A DNA stretch of 64,000 nt from positions 186,001-250,000 of the IMG/VR virus record IMGVR_UViG_3300021963_000023, one strand, 5' to 3'. Below are positions 21,128 to 30,586 of the stretch, one piece after another. A program made the translations under genes and the position numbers. How positions within the stretch are numbered: position 1 is the stretch's first letter; each line of letters opens with the position of its first letter. The notes below the pieces were generated by a model. The model did not search any database. It was given only the letters and a program-made list of their open reading frames with translations, and was not told where the DNA came from.

Positions 21128-24100
21128 ATGGAATTATACGGTTCGTTATTAAACATTTCGGGGTCAGTAACAGCCTCAGCATTTACCGGTTCCTTCAATG
21201 GAGATGGTGGAGGTTTATATAACCTTCCAGCGTCAGGTGTTACAGGTTTAAACCTATCACAAATAGCAAGTGGAAACGCCACAGCATCAATTTCATCATC
21301 GGGGTTTACGGTTAATAAAAGTACCCAAATTCAAGGTGATTTATCCGTTACAGGGTCAATTATTGCAACCAACTATATTGTAAGTTCATCTGTAACTTAT
21401 ATGACCACAAGTTTTGCTAGTGGTTCATCTATGTTTGGTAACGATGGTAATGATGTACATCAATTTACAGGTTCCGTTCAAATTACGGGTTCAATATCAT
21501 TAAATGGACAAGCAATTGGTACGGGTAAGTTAGACGAAACAACATTTCAATCATATACATCATCAATATCAAGTTCAATTGGTTCATTAAGTTCATCAAT
21601 TGCATTAACAGATGTTTCACAAAGTAATAGATTAACAACGATTGAAGGTAATTATGCAACGACTGGTAGTAATTTATTTAAAGGTAGTCAAACCATATCA
21701 GGTTCAATTATACCATCTGTAGATAACACATATGATTTGGGTAGTTCAACATATCAATGGAGAGACGTTTATATCTCTTCAGGGTCATTATACATCGATG
21801 GTACTAAAGTATTGGGAAGTACCTCACAGGAACTTACAATTACAACAGATACAGGTCAATCAATTAAAATATTAGAGGCAGGTTCGGATTCAATTATATT
21901 ACAATCTGCCGATGGTGATATCGAATTAAAATCATCAGGTGGTGGAGATATATTATTTGACCCAACAAACGGTCTTATATCAATTAAGGGAACAACACAA
22001 ATACAAGATGGTTTTAAAATAACTTCATCAGGTGGAACCAACATAGTTTTTGGTGACACTATAATTGTTAGTGGTTCAATAGATTTAACAGGTAATGTTG
22101 ATGGTATTGATTTACAATCATTCAGTTCTTCGGTATCTGCAAGTATTAGTTCATTGTTAGGTGGAAATACATCATTAAGTACTAGTATTGCAACCACAAC
22201 TAGTGGATTAAGTTCTAGTATTGGTTCATTAAGTTCATCGGTTGCAACAACAACAAGTGGATTGAGTTCTAGTATGGGAAGTTTATCTTCATCTGTTGCA
22301 ACAACAACATCAGATTTAAGTTCTAGTATTGGAAGTTTGTCATCTTCTGTGGCAACTACAACATCAGGATTGAGTTCTAGTATAGCAACAACAACTCTTA
22401 ACTTAAAAAATCGGGTTGATTCTATTGAAACAACAACAGGTAGTTTAAACACATTCACATCAAGTGCAAGTGGAAGATTAACATCTATCGAAGGAATTAC
22501 GGGATCAATAAGTTTACTTAACACATATACAGGTAGTAACAATACTGTTATTGGTACTTTACAAACAAGTACAAGTTCATTAAATTCTTATACAAGTTCT
22601 AACACAACAAACATAGACGCGATTCACATTTCAACGGGTTCGTTTAAATCGTTTACTTCATCATTCGATACTGCATTTGGAATGAGTGGTGCGGACGTTA
22701 CCGTTAAAGGTAATTTAACTGTTTCAGGAACACAGACAACGGTCAATTCAACAACAGTTGCCATTGGTGATAATATCATTCAATTAAACGGAACGGGAGC
22801 GACAAACGCAGGTTTAGTGGTTAGAGACGCGACCGCACCAAATACCTTATCGGGATCATTATTATGGGATAGTACCAGCGATAAATGGATAGCAGGAACT
22901 TTAGGTTCCGAAGATGATATTGTATTAAAAACAGCAACTCAAACATTAACAAATAAAACAATTAATGCGTCACAATTAGTCGATGCATCTGTAACAAACA
23001 CTAAATTAGCTAATTCATCTATAACAATAGCTGGAACATCAACATCATTAGGTGGTACAATATCTGCAGCGACAATATTATCAGGTACGGGAACTGTATC
23101 GGGGTCTGCACAAATTGATTTAACCGCAACAGCAAATTACGCTTCAGGTATATTAACAAGATTAAATGCGGTTGGTGTATTTTCTGGTTCTGCTCAGGTT
23201 ACTGGAATTGGTAATGCACAATTAACAAATTCATCTGTAACCGTTACTGCAGGTACAGGTATGAGTGGCGGTGGTGCAGTATCGTTAGGAGGTACTGTAA
23301 CATTAACAAATGCGGGTGTAACTTCATTAACAACTAACACTGGTTTAAGTTCAAACGTAAGTGCAACAGGTGCGGTTACAATTACAAATACAATAACTAA
23401 TAATAACCAATTAACCAATGGTGCGGGATATATAACCTCCGCAGGTACAGCAACTAATGTTAGTGGAATAGTTGCAGTTGTAAATGGTGGTACAGGTGCG
23501 TCAACCACATCTACAGCAAGAACAAACTTAGGATTGGCAATTGGTTCAGATGTTTTAGCATATAGAACATTTGGAACCGCAGCAAATAATAACACAGGCG
23601 ATTTTGCTTTAGTTAATGCCACACATTATGTTGGTACAACAGCAATCGCAGCTAACAGAGCATCCGCATCACAAACATTAACGGGAGTGTCAATTGATGG
23701 TAATGCTGCAACCGCAACAATTTTTAATAATGGTAGTCTATATATTTCAACAGTAAATGGAAATACCTTAAATTCGGGATTTAGTAATGCAGGAGATGGT
23801 AGTGATATTTGGATTAACTATAGAGGATATAATGACGCTCAGTTATACTTTAGAGATTTTAGGGTGGGTAATGGAAAAGGTACGCAAATTGCTTTATTTA
23901 CCGGTTCTAATGGTAGTTTAGCGGTAACAGGTACCATAGGAGCATCAAACTATAGTGGAACACATAGTGGAGCATCTTCAGGAACAAATACTGGTGACCA
24001 AACAAATATTTCGGGTAATGCTGCAACCGCAACAACTGCCGGTAGTACTGGTACATTATCAAGTAATGCTGTTACAAATGGATATTTGGTTATCGGTGGT

Positions 24101-24598
24101 AACTATTCAAACAACGCATATAATGGTGTTGCTGGTGGAACAAGATTAATGTTTGGTGGCGGTAACTCTGATGCTGTTGATAATTACTACATTGGTACAA
24201 ATATGGAAGATTATGGTGGTAACTACAATAAATTAGATTTAAGATGGCATACAGGTATTCGTATGGGTGCACAGGCGGGTTATGGCGGTATTAGATTTTA
24301 CAATAATGAAGACTTAAGTTCCGTTCTATTTTCAATCGGTGCCAGTGATGGTAACGTTAGAAGCCACACGAATTTATTACCATCTGCAAACAATTCATAC
24401 AATTTAGGTAGTGCATCACTTAGATGGGCTAACTTATACACCAACGACTTACATTTAAGTAATGAAGGTAAAGAAGGTGGAAATGAAATAGATGGAACAA
24501 CAGGTGACTGGACTATACAAGAAGGTCAAGAAAATCTGTATATTATAAATCATAAGAACGGTAAGAAGTTCAAAATAGATTTAACTGAAATAGTATAG
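21128..24598 (+). CDS. Long tail fibre
   Basis: Mosaic of the shared modules, with the C-terminal fibre motif 'LGSASLRWANLYTNDLHLSNEG...DGTTGDWTIQEG..LYIINHKNGKKFKI'. Confidence 0.8.
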   Translation: MELYGSLLNISGSVTASAFTGSFNGDGGGLYNLPASGVTGLNLSQIASGNATASISSSGFTVNKSTQIQGDLSVTGSIIATNYIVSSSVTYMTTSFASGSSMFGNDGNDVHQFTGSVQITGSISLNGQAIGTGKLDETTFQSYTSSISSSIGSLSSSIALTDVSQSNRLTTIEGNYATTGSNLFKGSQTISGSIIPSVDNTYDLGSSTYQWRDVYISSGSLYIDGTKVLGSTSQELTITTDTGQSIKILEAGSDSIILQSADGDIELKSSGGGDILFDPTNGLISIKGTTQIQDGFKITSSGGTNIVFGDTIIVSGSIDLTGNVDGIDLQSFSSSVSASISSLLGGNTSLSTSIATTTSGLSSSIGSLSSSVATTTSGLSSSMGSLSSSVATTTSDLSSSIGSLSSSVATTTSGLSSSIATTTLNLKNRVDSIETTTGSLNTFTSSASGRLTSIEGITGSISLLNTYTGSNNTVIGTLQTSTSSLNSYTSSNTTNIDAIHISTGSFKSFTSSFDTAFGMSGADVTVKGNLTVSGTQTTVNSTTVAIGDNIIQLNGTGATNAGLVVRDATAPNTLSGSLLWDSTSDKWIAGTLGSEDDIVLKTATQTLTNKTINASQLVDASVTNTKLANSSITIAGTSTSLGGTISAATILSGTGTVSGSAQIDLTATANYASGILTRLNAVGVFSGSAQVTGIGNAQLTNSSVTVTAGTGMSGGGAVSLGGTVTLTNAGVTSLTTNTGLSSNVSATGAVTITNTITNNNQLTNGAGYITSAGTATNVSGIVAVVNGGTGASTTSTARTNLGLAIGSDVLAYRTFGTAANNNTGDFALVNATHYVGTTAIAANRASASQTLTGVSIDGNAATATIFNNGSLYISTVNGNTLNSGFSNAGDGSDIWINYRGYNDAQLYFRDFRVGNGKGTQIALFTGSNGSLAVTGTIGASNYSGTHSGASSGTNTGDQTNISGNAATATTAGSTGTLSSNAVTNGYLVIGGNYSNNAYNGVAGGTRLMFGGGNSDAVDNYYIGTNMEDYGGNYNKLDLRWHTGIRMGAQAGYGGIRFYNNEDLSSVLFSIGASDGNVRSHTNLLPSANNSYNLGSASLRWANLYTNDLHLSNEGKEGGNEIDGTTGDWTIQEGQENLYIINHKNGKKFKIDLTEIV

Positions 24599-24599
24599 T

Positions 24600-25193
24600 A
24601 TGCCATTAAATGTAGAAGGTACAATATTTGGAGATAAAACAATCACACCAGCATCTGGTACATTGTCATTACCAAGCACATCATTGGCAATTAGTGGTTG
24701 GCATAGAAGAGGTATTAATAATCCAATATTTAGAGCAAATGGATCATTACAAGCGTGGCGGTACCCAACTGATTCTGGTTGGAATGGAGCAGCAACTTGG
24801 AATATATTAGATTCAAGAATTGCATGGGTAACAACGGATAGAACAGGTAATTTTAGCACATCAACAGGTAGGTTCACCGCACCTTCTGCTGGTTATTATC
24901 ATTTCATGATGAATCTTTATATGTTAAACGATATTTCCGCACCATACAACACCGGTGCCGGTTATATTCACCCACAATTTGCAAAAAATGGTGGATTAGG
25001 TTGGAATAATGGTCAAACACCATATACAATTTACACATATGGTGCCGCAGGAAATTATCCCGATGGTATTGATATATCTGCGGTTATGTCTTTAGCTGCG
25101 GGTGACTATGTTGATATTAGAGTTTACATTAATGCGAGCACAACTAGACTTTATGGTGCACACACAGGATTTTGGGGGTGGAAAATTGGTTAA
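24600..25193 (+). CDS. C1q/TNF-like domain protein, paralogue 1 of 3
   Basis: 'FSTSTGRFTAPSAGYYHF', 'LAAGDYVDI' and a terminal F.G..I, which are gC1q signatures. Confidence 0.7.
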   Translation: MPLNVEGTIFGDKTITPASGTLSLPSTSLAISGWHRRGINNPIFRANGSLQAWRYPTDSGWNGAATWNILDSRIAWVTTDRTGNFSTSTGRFTAPSAGYYHFMMNLYMLNDISAPYNTGAGYIHPQFAKNGGLGWNNGQTPYTIYTYGAAGNYPDGIDISAVMSLAAGDYVDIRVYINASTTRLYGAHTGFWGWKIG

Positions 25194-25224
25194 AAATTAA
25201 TTATATTTATAAAAAACAAAAAAT

Positions 25225-25515
25225 ATGGCACAGTACACAGTAACATTAACAGACGCACAAGAGAAAGCATTAAGATGGGTTGCAGTAGATCCACAAGATT
25301 GGTTTGAAAATTTTGTATTTGCGAGATGTGAATCCGCAATTGATGAAATTGTAAGTAATGAGATAACAAGAAAATTAGCTGCGGGTGAAACAATATCAGG
25401 GTCAAAAGAAGAAATTGTTATGGCGTCAAACATTGTTTCGGCTGAAGAAAGAAGTCTAATACAACCAGATGTCTATAACGATATGATAAACCCAACACCA
25501 GATCCCTTTTTATAA
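25225..25515 (+). CDS. Small phage protein, probable fibre chaperone
   Basis: 96 aa with 'DPQDWFEN....R...AIDEIV', preceded by TATTTATA. Confidence 0.55.
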   Translation: MAQYTVTLTDAQEKALRWVAVDPQDWFENFVFARCESAIDEIVSNEITRKLAAGETISGSKEEIVMASNIVSAEERSLIQPDVYNDMINPTPDPFL

Positions 25516-26102
25516 TGCCAATTTATTTAGGAGGAGCAACATATAGTAACAATACAATCGCTGGTGCCAGTGGTGCGCTAGCGTTGACCGGTAATTTGGT
25601 TCAACCATCACCTTCGGCCTATTCAACAACTATTGGTGTTCAACCAGCATTTAATGCAAATGGTAGTGGAGCTTGGATTTATCCATCTGCATTTGGTGGT
25701 GGAAATGCTTGGAGAGAATTGGGTAGTCCAATTGGCTGGGGTGTAACGCAACAAGGTGCAGGATCTTATGGTTTTAGTACGTCTACTGGTAGATATACGG
25801 CACCCGTTGCGGGAAAGTATTATTTTCATTCCTCAACATATTATAATATTGATAGTAATAGTACATCAGGGTATATTCATTATCAATTAGCAATAAATGG
25901 TAATGTAACTTGGAACAATAGTAGAACCCCATATAATATTTATGGTCATGGAGAATTAGCGAATCACTCAGATGGTATAAACGTATCGGCAATAATGAGT
26001 TTAGGTGTTGGCGATTACGCTAGTGTGATTCCATATTGGGGTGGTACGATTGGTAGACTTTATGGTAGTTATACATTATTCTGTGGATATTTAATAGGTT
26101 AA
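25515..26102 (+). CDS. C1q/TNF-like domain protein, paralogue 2 of 3
   Basis: 'FSTSTGRYTAPVAGKYYF', 'LGVGDYASV', 'FCGYLIG'. Confidence 0.7.
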   Translation: MPIYLGGATYSNNTIAGASGALALTGNLVQPSPSAYSTTIGVQPAFNANGSGAWIYPSAFGGGNAWRELGSPIGWGVTQQGAGSYGFSTSTGRYTAPVAGKYYFHSSTYYNIDSNSTSGYIHYQLAINGNVTWNNSRTPYNIYGHGELANHSDGINVSAIMSLGVGDYASVIPYWGGTIGRLYGSYTLFCGYLIG

Positions 26103-26105
26103 GTT

Positions 26106-26690
26106 ATGGCAATATACGTAGGAGATACAACATATTCTGAATCAACAATAAATCAAAACTCTGGTGCGTTTGATACGGGAGTATCCTTGAATGGTAATTT
26201 AAGTGTTGGTACAAATTTACGGGCATCAGGACAACCATCTTTTAATGCCTCTGGAACTGTGGCTACTTGGATGTACTCCGCAAATTTTGGAGGAACTGGA
26301 TGGAGAGAAGTTGGTAGTCAAATGGGTTATACTTCAACGCAAGTTGGTTCCGGTTTTAGTAATTCAACAGGTAGATTCACCGCACCATTAGCTGGTCATT
26401 ATTATTTTTACGCACAAGCATATTATTACAATGACAACAATTCAACATCTGGATATATCCATTTTGGATTCGGTAAAAATGGTGTAGACTCTTGGAATGA
26501 AGGATATACCCCATTAAACATATATGGTCACGGTGCCGTTGCGAATCACGTAGATGGTATTCATACACACGGTATTATTTATTTAGGTATAGGTGACTAT
26601 GTTAGTGTTAGACCATATTTTGGTGGGGGTGTTGGTAGATTCTACTCAGATTACTTTTTATTTACGGGAATGTTTTTAGGTGCTATGTAA
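26106..26690 (+). CDS. C1q/TNF-like domain protein, paralogue 3 of 3
   Basis: 'FSNSTGRFTAPLAGHYYF', 'LGIGDYVSV', 'FTGMFLG'. Confidence 0.7.
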   Translation: MAIYVGDTTYSESTINQNSGAFDTGVSLNGNLSVGTNLRASGQPSFNASGTVATWMYSANFGGTGWREVGSQMGYTSTQVGSGFSNSTGRFTAPLAGHYYFYAQAYYYNDNNSTSGYIHFGFGKNGVDSWNEGYTPLNIYGHGAVANHVDGIHTHGIIYLGIGDYVSVRPYFGGGVGRFYSDYFLFTGMFLGAM

Positions 26691-26719
26691 TTTACATTCT
26701 AATAAAAATTATATATATT
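26691..26719 (+). promoter_or_regulatory. sigma70-like promoter TTTACA-N17-TATATT
   Basis: -35 at 26691-26696, -10 at 26714-26719, 17-nt spacer, at the head of the enzyme island. Confidence 0.55.
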
Positions 26720-26725
26720 TTACCT

Positions 26726-27460
26726 ATGAATAACATAGGATTTGGAATATTTTGTTTTGGTGAAGACTATTATTATCGAGGAACCAAAGAAAAAATTAAA
26801 CAACTATTAAATGCTGAATTATCTGTTTACGTATTAACAGACAAACCTGAAGAATTTATAGAATACCCACAAGTACATGTTATCCAATACAATAGACACT
26901 TAAAGTCATATTCAGATAAGATGATATTACCAAAATACATCTTAAAAAATCATGATATTTGCATTTTACTTGATGCGGACACACACGTCACAGATTATTC
27001 ATTTTTAGAATTATTAAAAACATATAGTTTTAATAAAGGTGTATCATATATTGATACTTTATTGAATCATAGTGCAAAAAAAGGTATTGTAAAAGATTTG
27101 GTTAATCAAACCAATCCCGAATGGAAAACATATGTTGAATACGCATCTAAACTATATCCACCATTCTTTAATTTTGAAACAATGTGGGAATACTTCTTAG
27201 TTATTAATAAAGATGGATTTGATGTGAATTCATTTTACTATTATTATGAGAAATTACAAGTGGTAAAAGAATTTTCAGACTTACCTTTGAAAAAAGAAAT
27301 AAGTGGTGCGGGTGAAGGTATATCAATACAAATAAGTTGCAAATCTGCTAATATAGAAATACAAAGAGATCTCGTATTGTATGGTTTACTAGAAGGTAAG
27401 ATGATAAGTATAAGTAGAATACACACACCACGACATTTGTGGCCAAATTGGATGAAATGA
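26726..27460 (+). CDS. Putative glycosyltransferase (GT-A fold)
   Basis: 'VYVLTDKPEEF' and the DxD motif 'CILLDADT'; glycosyltransferase neighbourhood. Confidence 0.5.
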   Translation: MNNIGFGIFCFGEDYYYRGTKEKIKQLLNAELSVYVLTDKPEEFIEYPQVHVIQYNRHLKSYSDKMILPKYILKNHDICILLDADTHVTDYSFLELLKTYSFNKGVSYIDTLLNHSAKKGIVKDLVNQTNPEWKTYVEYASKLYPPFFNFETMWEYFLVINKDGFDVNSFYYYYEKLQVVKEFSDLPLKKEISGAGEGISIQISCKSANIEIQRDLVLYGLLEGKMISISRIHTPRHLWPNWMK

Positions 27461-28188
27461 TAACAAATAACGATTACATAAAAAACAATATTACCAACAA
27501 CGGTGATCAACCAGTACCATATAGATGGACACATGGGGCTACCGATTTACATATGGGTGATGGTATTATTGTATATTCTATGATTCAACACATGAGAGCC
27601 AAAAATTGTGTATGTATTGGTTCTGGTGGTGGATTTATACCTAGAATAATGACACAGGCTAGAATCGACTTATATCACGCTAATATCTTTGAGGGTGATG
27701 ATAACCATAGTTGGGGTGATATTGGAGCTACATATGTTGTTGATGCATGTAATGGTATTGGAGGACCAAATGATTTAGATGATAAAAATTCCTTTTATAG
27801 AAAAAATTTTAATCCTAGGTTTATTAAAGAAACCTCGGAAGCTGCGTTTTATAATTTCTTTATTAGACAAGATATTAAAATAGATTTATTATTTATCGAC
27901 GGCGATCATTCATACGAGGGTGTTAAGAAGGATTTTGATCTTTATTCTCAAATATTATCACCCAAAGGTGTTATCATCTTACATGATACGGACGATGAAT
28001 ATGAAGAAACATTAATTGTTTCCGAAGACTCAAAAAAAGATCACCATAGATTTGATGGCCCAAGCAAACTGGTTAAAGAACTCCAAAAAAATTCTGACTG
28101 GAACTTGATTAATTTACATAATTTCCGTATATTAATGGATAAACCATCATCTAGTGGTATAACCATTATTAATAGGAAATATGATTAG
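27457..28188 (+). CDS. Class I SAM-dependent methyltransferase (Methyltransf_24-like)
   Basis: 'VCIGSGGGF' and 'IDLLFIDGDHSYEGVKKDF...GVIILHD'. Start moved to the ATG at 27457, which overlaps the upstream stop as ATGA. Confidence 0.8.
   Translation: MITNNDYIKNNITNNGDQPVPYRWTHGATDLHMGDGIIVYSMIQHMRAKNCVCIGSGGGFIPRIMTQARIDLYHANIFEGDDNHSWGDIGATYVVDACNGIGGPNDLDDKNSFYRKNFNPRFIKETSEAAFYNFFIRQDIKIDLLFIDGDHSYEGVKKDFDLYSQILSPKGVIILHDTDDEYEETLIVSEDSKKDHHRFDGPSKLVKELQKNSDWNLINLHNFRILMDKPSSSGITIINRKYD
28105..28133 (+). promoter_or_regulatory. Internal sigma70-like promoter TTGATT-N17-TATATT
   Basis: Exact 17-nt spacing, about 50 nt upstream of the 28181 start. Confidence 0.45.
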
Positions 28189-28963
28189 GCTTTTAACAGT
28201 TATTGCTGACGGAATTGAATTACTTCCACACTTCATAAAACACTATCGACAATATGTTGATGAAATCAATATTGCTGTTTATGAAACAGATGCACATCCA
28301 TTATTAGGTAATGAAATATCACAACTCATTGGAAATGAGGAGAATGTTAAGATAGTAAAGGTCATTAAAAACAAAACATATGATGTTGATAAGGCCACTC
28401 TATTATATAATTTTATAAAGTCACAAAAGCCAAATGATTGGTGGGTTATTGCTAACATTAATGAATTTCATTTATATCCACACGACAATCTCCGTTATAT
28501 GATTGATAATTGTGAAGAGAATGGTTATCAATTAGTTAGAGGTGGTGTAATAGATAGAATTTCCACAGATAGTCAATACTCACAAATTATTGAAGATCAA
28601 TTAATATTTGATCAATACCCAACAATGGGTTTTTTTGCACACCCGATGAATAAAAAAAACCCTAACAGAGTCTGCGTGATGAAAGGTCATATCGAATTAA
28701 CTCCTGGTCAACACTATGCCAAAATAGATGGTGAAACAACATGGAAGTGGCAAGGATGGGAACATCCATTAATAGCTAAAACATACACAGTTCAAGTACA
28801 TGATTTCAAGTTAGATTCTAAAACTACAGACCAATTAAGAAAAAATAAATTTAAAATAGATTTAAATAACCCAGATTTTATGATTCAGGGTAATGGAGAA
28901 ATACCTAAACATCGGGTTTATAGAAAATGGGATAAACTAATAAAAAAAATAACATCAATATGA
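28181..28963 (+). CDS. Glycosyltransferase family 2-like protein with degenerate DxD motif
   Basis: Paralogue of 31985-32824 ('LPHF.KHY', 'GG..DR', 'GQHYA', 'QVH.FK'), with WVIANINEF in place of WIVSDDDEL. Confidence 0.6.
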   Translation: MIRLLTVIADGIELLPHFIKHYRQYVDEINIAVYETDAHPLLGNEISQLIGNEENVKIVKVIKNKTYDVDKATLLYNFIKSQKPNDWWVIANINEFHLYPHDNLRYMIDNCEENGYQLVRGGVIDRISTDSQYSQIIEDQLIFDQYPTMGFFAHPMNKKNPNRVCVMKGHIELTPGQHYAKIDGETTWKWQGWEHPLIAKTYTVQVHDFKLDSKTTDQLRKNKFKIDLNNPDFMIQGNGEIPKHRVYRKWDKLIKKITSI

Positions 28964-29166
28964 GTACTAAAGCAGAAAAAGAACAAGAAGAATTGCTTTT
29001 GGAACAACGCAAAGTAAAAGCATTAGAAAAAATTGCAAATTCAATGGATGCCTTAACCGTTTGGTTTGAGGAGGTTGATAAACAAGAATGGAGTGATAGA
29101 ATTCAACATTACTTGGCTGAATGGCACAAATCAATACAACCTAAAGATCCAACAATAAATGGGTAA
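28960..29166 (+). CDS. Small hypothetical protein
   Basis: 68 aa, overlapping both neighbouring genes. Confidence 0.6.
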   Translation: MSTKAEKEQEELLLEQRKVKALEKIANSMDALTVWFEEVDKQEWSDRIQHYLAEWHKSIQPKDPTING

Positions 29167-30586
29167 ACATAAATTAGGTATCATTGTTCCGTATCGAAAT
29201 AGAGCAAATCAACTTGGTCTTTTTAAAAGAAGTATGTCACATTTTTTAAAAAAAGAACACATTGATCATGAGATCTTTATTATCGAACAAGATGGTGCAA
29301 AATTATTTAATAGAGGTATGATATTAAACATTGGTTTTAACTATGCGGTAAAGCGTGGTTGTGACTATGTTGCTTTTCATGATATTGACATGTTACCACT
29401 ATATGTAGATTATTCATATTCAGACGTTCCACTTCATTTAGCTACAGACTTCGAATTTGAAAAAGGGGAAAAAGAAAGAGAAATTTTTGAAGAATATTTT
29501 GGGGGTGTAACATTATTCCCGGTTGAAGCATTTAAAAAAATTAATGGTTACTCTAACAAATATTGGGGATGGGGTTATGAAGATACCGATTTATTATTAA
29601 GATGTAGAATTAATGATATTGAATTAAATACCCTAAAAATAAAGAACATGGGTAAAAACGGGAAGGCGTTAAAATTCAATGGAGTAAACACCTATGTTGA
29701 ATGTGAAAACACGATTGATTTAAATAATGATGCAACATTTTTTATTTCCTTTTGCCCAGAAAATATGATATTTGATCATAAAAAAGATAGTGATGAGTTT
29801 ACTGTCTTTAGCATACCTGGATGGGATTTTGCAATATCCTATAATTCTTTTTGTAGATATAATTTTTGTGCATTTGATAGTAAACATACTCCACATTTTG
29901 TTAATTCAGAAATTAAAACCAACTATAAAACAAACATGGTTGTTGTTTTTAATAGAGATGAAAAATTTATCAAGGTGTATCAAGACGGTGAGTTAATTGG
30001 AAAAACAGAATGTTTTAAAAGACTTTTATATTATAAAAAAGAACCAAAATTTTATCTAGGCGCCGGAAAGCCAGAAAGGGAAAAGATACCAAATCACTTT
30101 AAAGGAACAATAGATAGTTTCGCCTACTTCGATAAGATGTTGTCAGAAGAAGAAATTAAAGAAATATCTAATAATGAAACATTTTACTTGAATGAATCTT
30201 TTGGGGAATATAAATCTAAAAACGATCTTAAAATTTATTACGATGGTGATTTTATTGAAAATTATCAGTTAGTTGATTTAAGTAATAATGGTGTAAAAGG
30301 TAAAATATTTAATTGTGAAATAATAAAACAAAACTATCCAGAATATACCGAATTAAAAGTTCCGCATAGAAGAAGATCAAAATTTAAATCAATTAAACAT
30401 GAGGAAAATGGATTTCTGGGAAATAGATGGAAAGATGATAATACCAGATGGAATCAATTAAGATTTCATAATGAGGTTTCTTTAAATAATAATTTAATGA
30501 TTGATGATGGGGTATCAAGTGTGGAATTTGTTCAACACGCATTCATTAAAGACAATAATACGTATCAAGCAATAGTTGGAATATGA
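29159..30586 (+). CDS. GT7-like (beta-1,4-galactosyltransferase-type) glycosyltransferase with inserted LamG/ConA-like domain
   Basis: PYRNR, FNRG, FHDIDMLP, FGGV and NGYSNKYWGWGYEDTD motifs. The insert runs 'ALKFNG...FKGTIDSFAYFDKMLSEEEI...DLSNNG'. Confidence 0.8.
   Translation: MGKHKLGIIVPYRNRANQLGLFKRSMSHFLKKEHIDHEIFIIEQDGAKLFNRGMILNIGFNYAVKRGCDYVAFHDIDMLPLYVDYSYSDVPLHLATDFEFEKGEKEREIFEEYFGGVTLFPVEAFKKINGYSNKYWGWGYEDTDLLLRCRINDIELNTLKIKNMGKNGKALKFNGVNTYVECENTIDLNNDATFFISFCPENMIFDHKKDSDEFTVFSIPGWDFAISYNSFCRYNFCAFDSKHTPHFVNSEIKTNYKTNMVVVFNRDEKFIKVYQDGELIGKTECFKRLLYYKKEPKFYLGAGKPEREKIPNHFKGTIDSFAYFDKMLSEEEIKEISNNETFYLNESFGEYKSKNDLKIYYDGDFIENYQLVDLSNNGVKGKIFNCEIIKQNYPEYTELKVPHRRRSKFKSIKHEENGFLGNRWKDDNTRWNQLRFHNEVSLNNNLMIDDGVSSVEFVQHAFIKDNNTYQAIVGI

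Noticed and set aside
24600-26690. Diversity-generating retroelement acting on the C1q-like or propeller paralogues
   Set aside because: There is no reverse transcriptase in the window and I saw no near-identical repeat pair differing only at adenines. Differences are ordinary synonymous and indel divergence.
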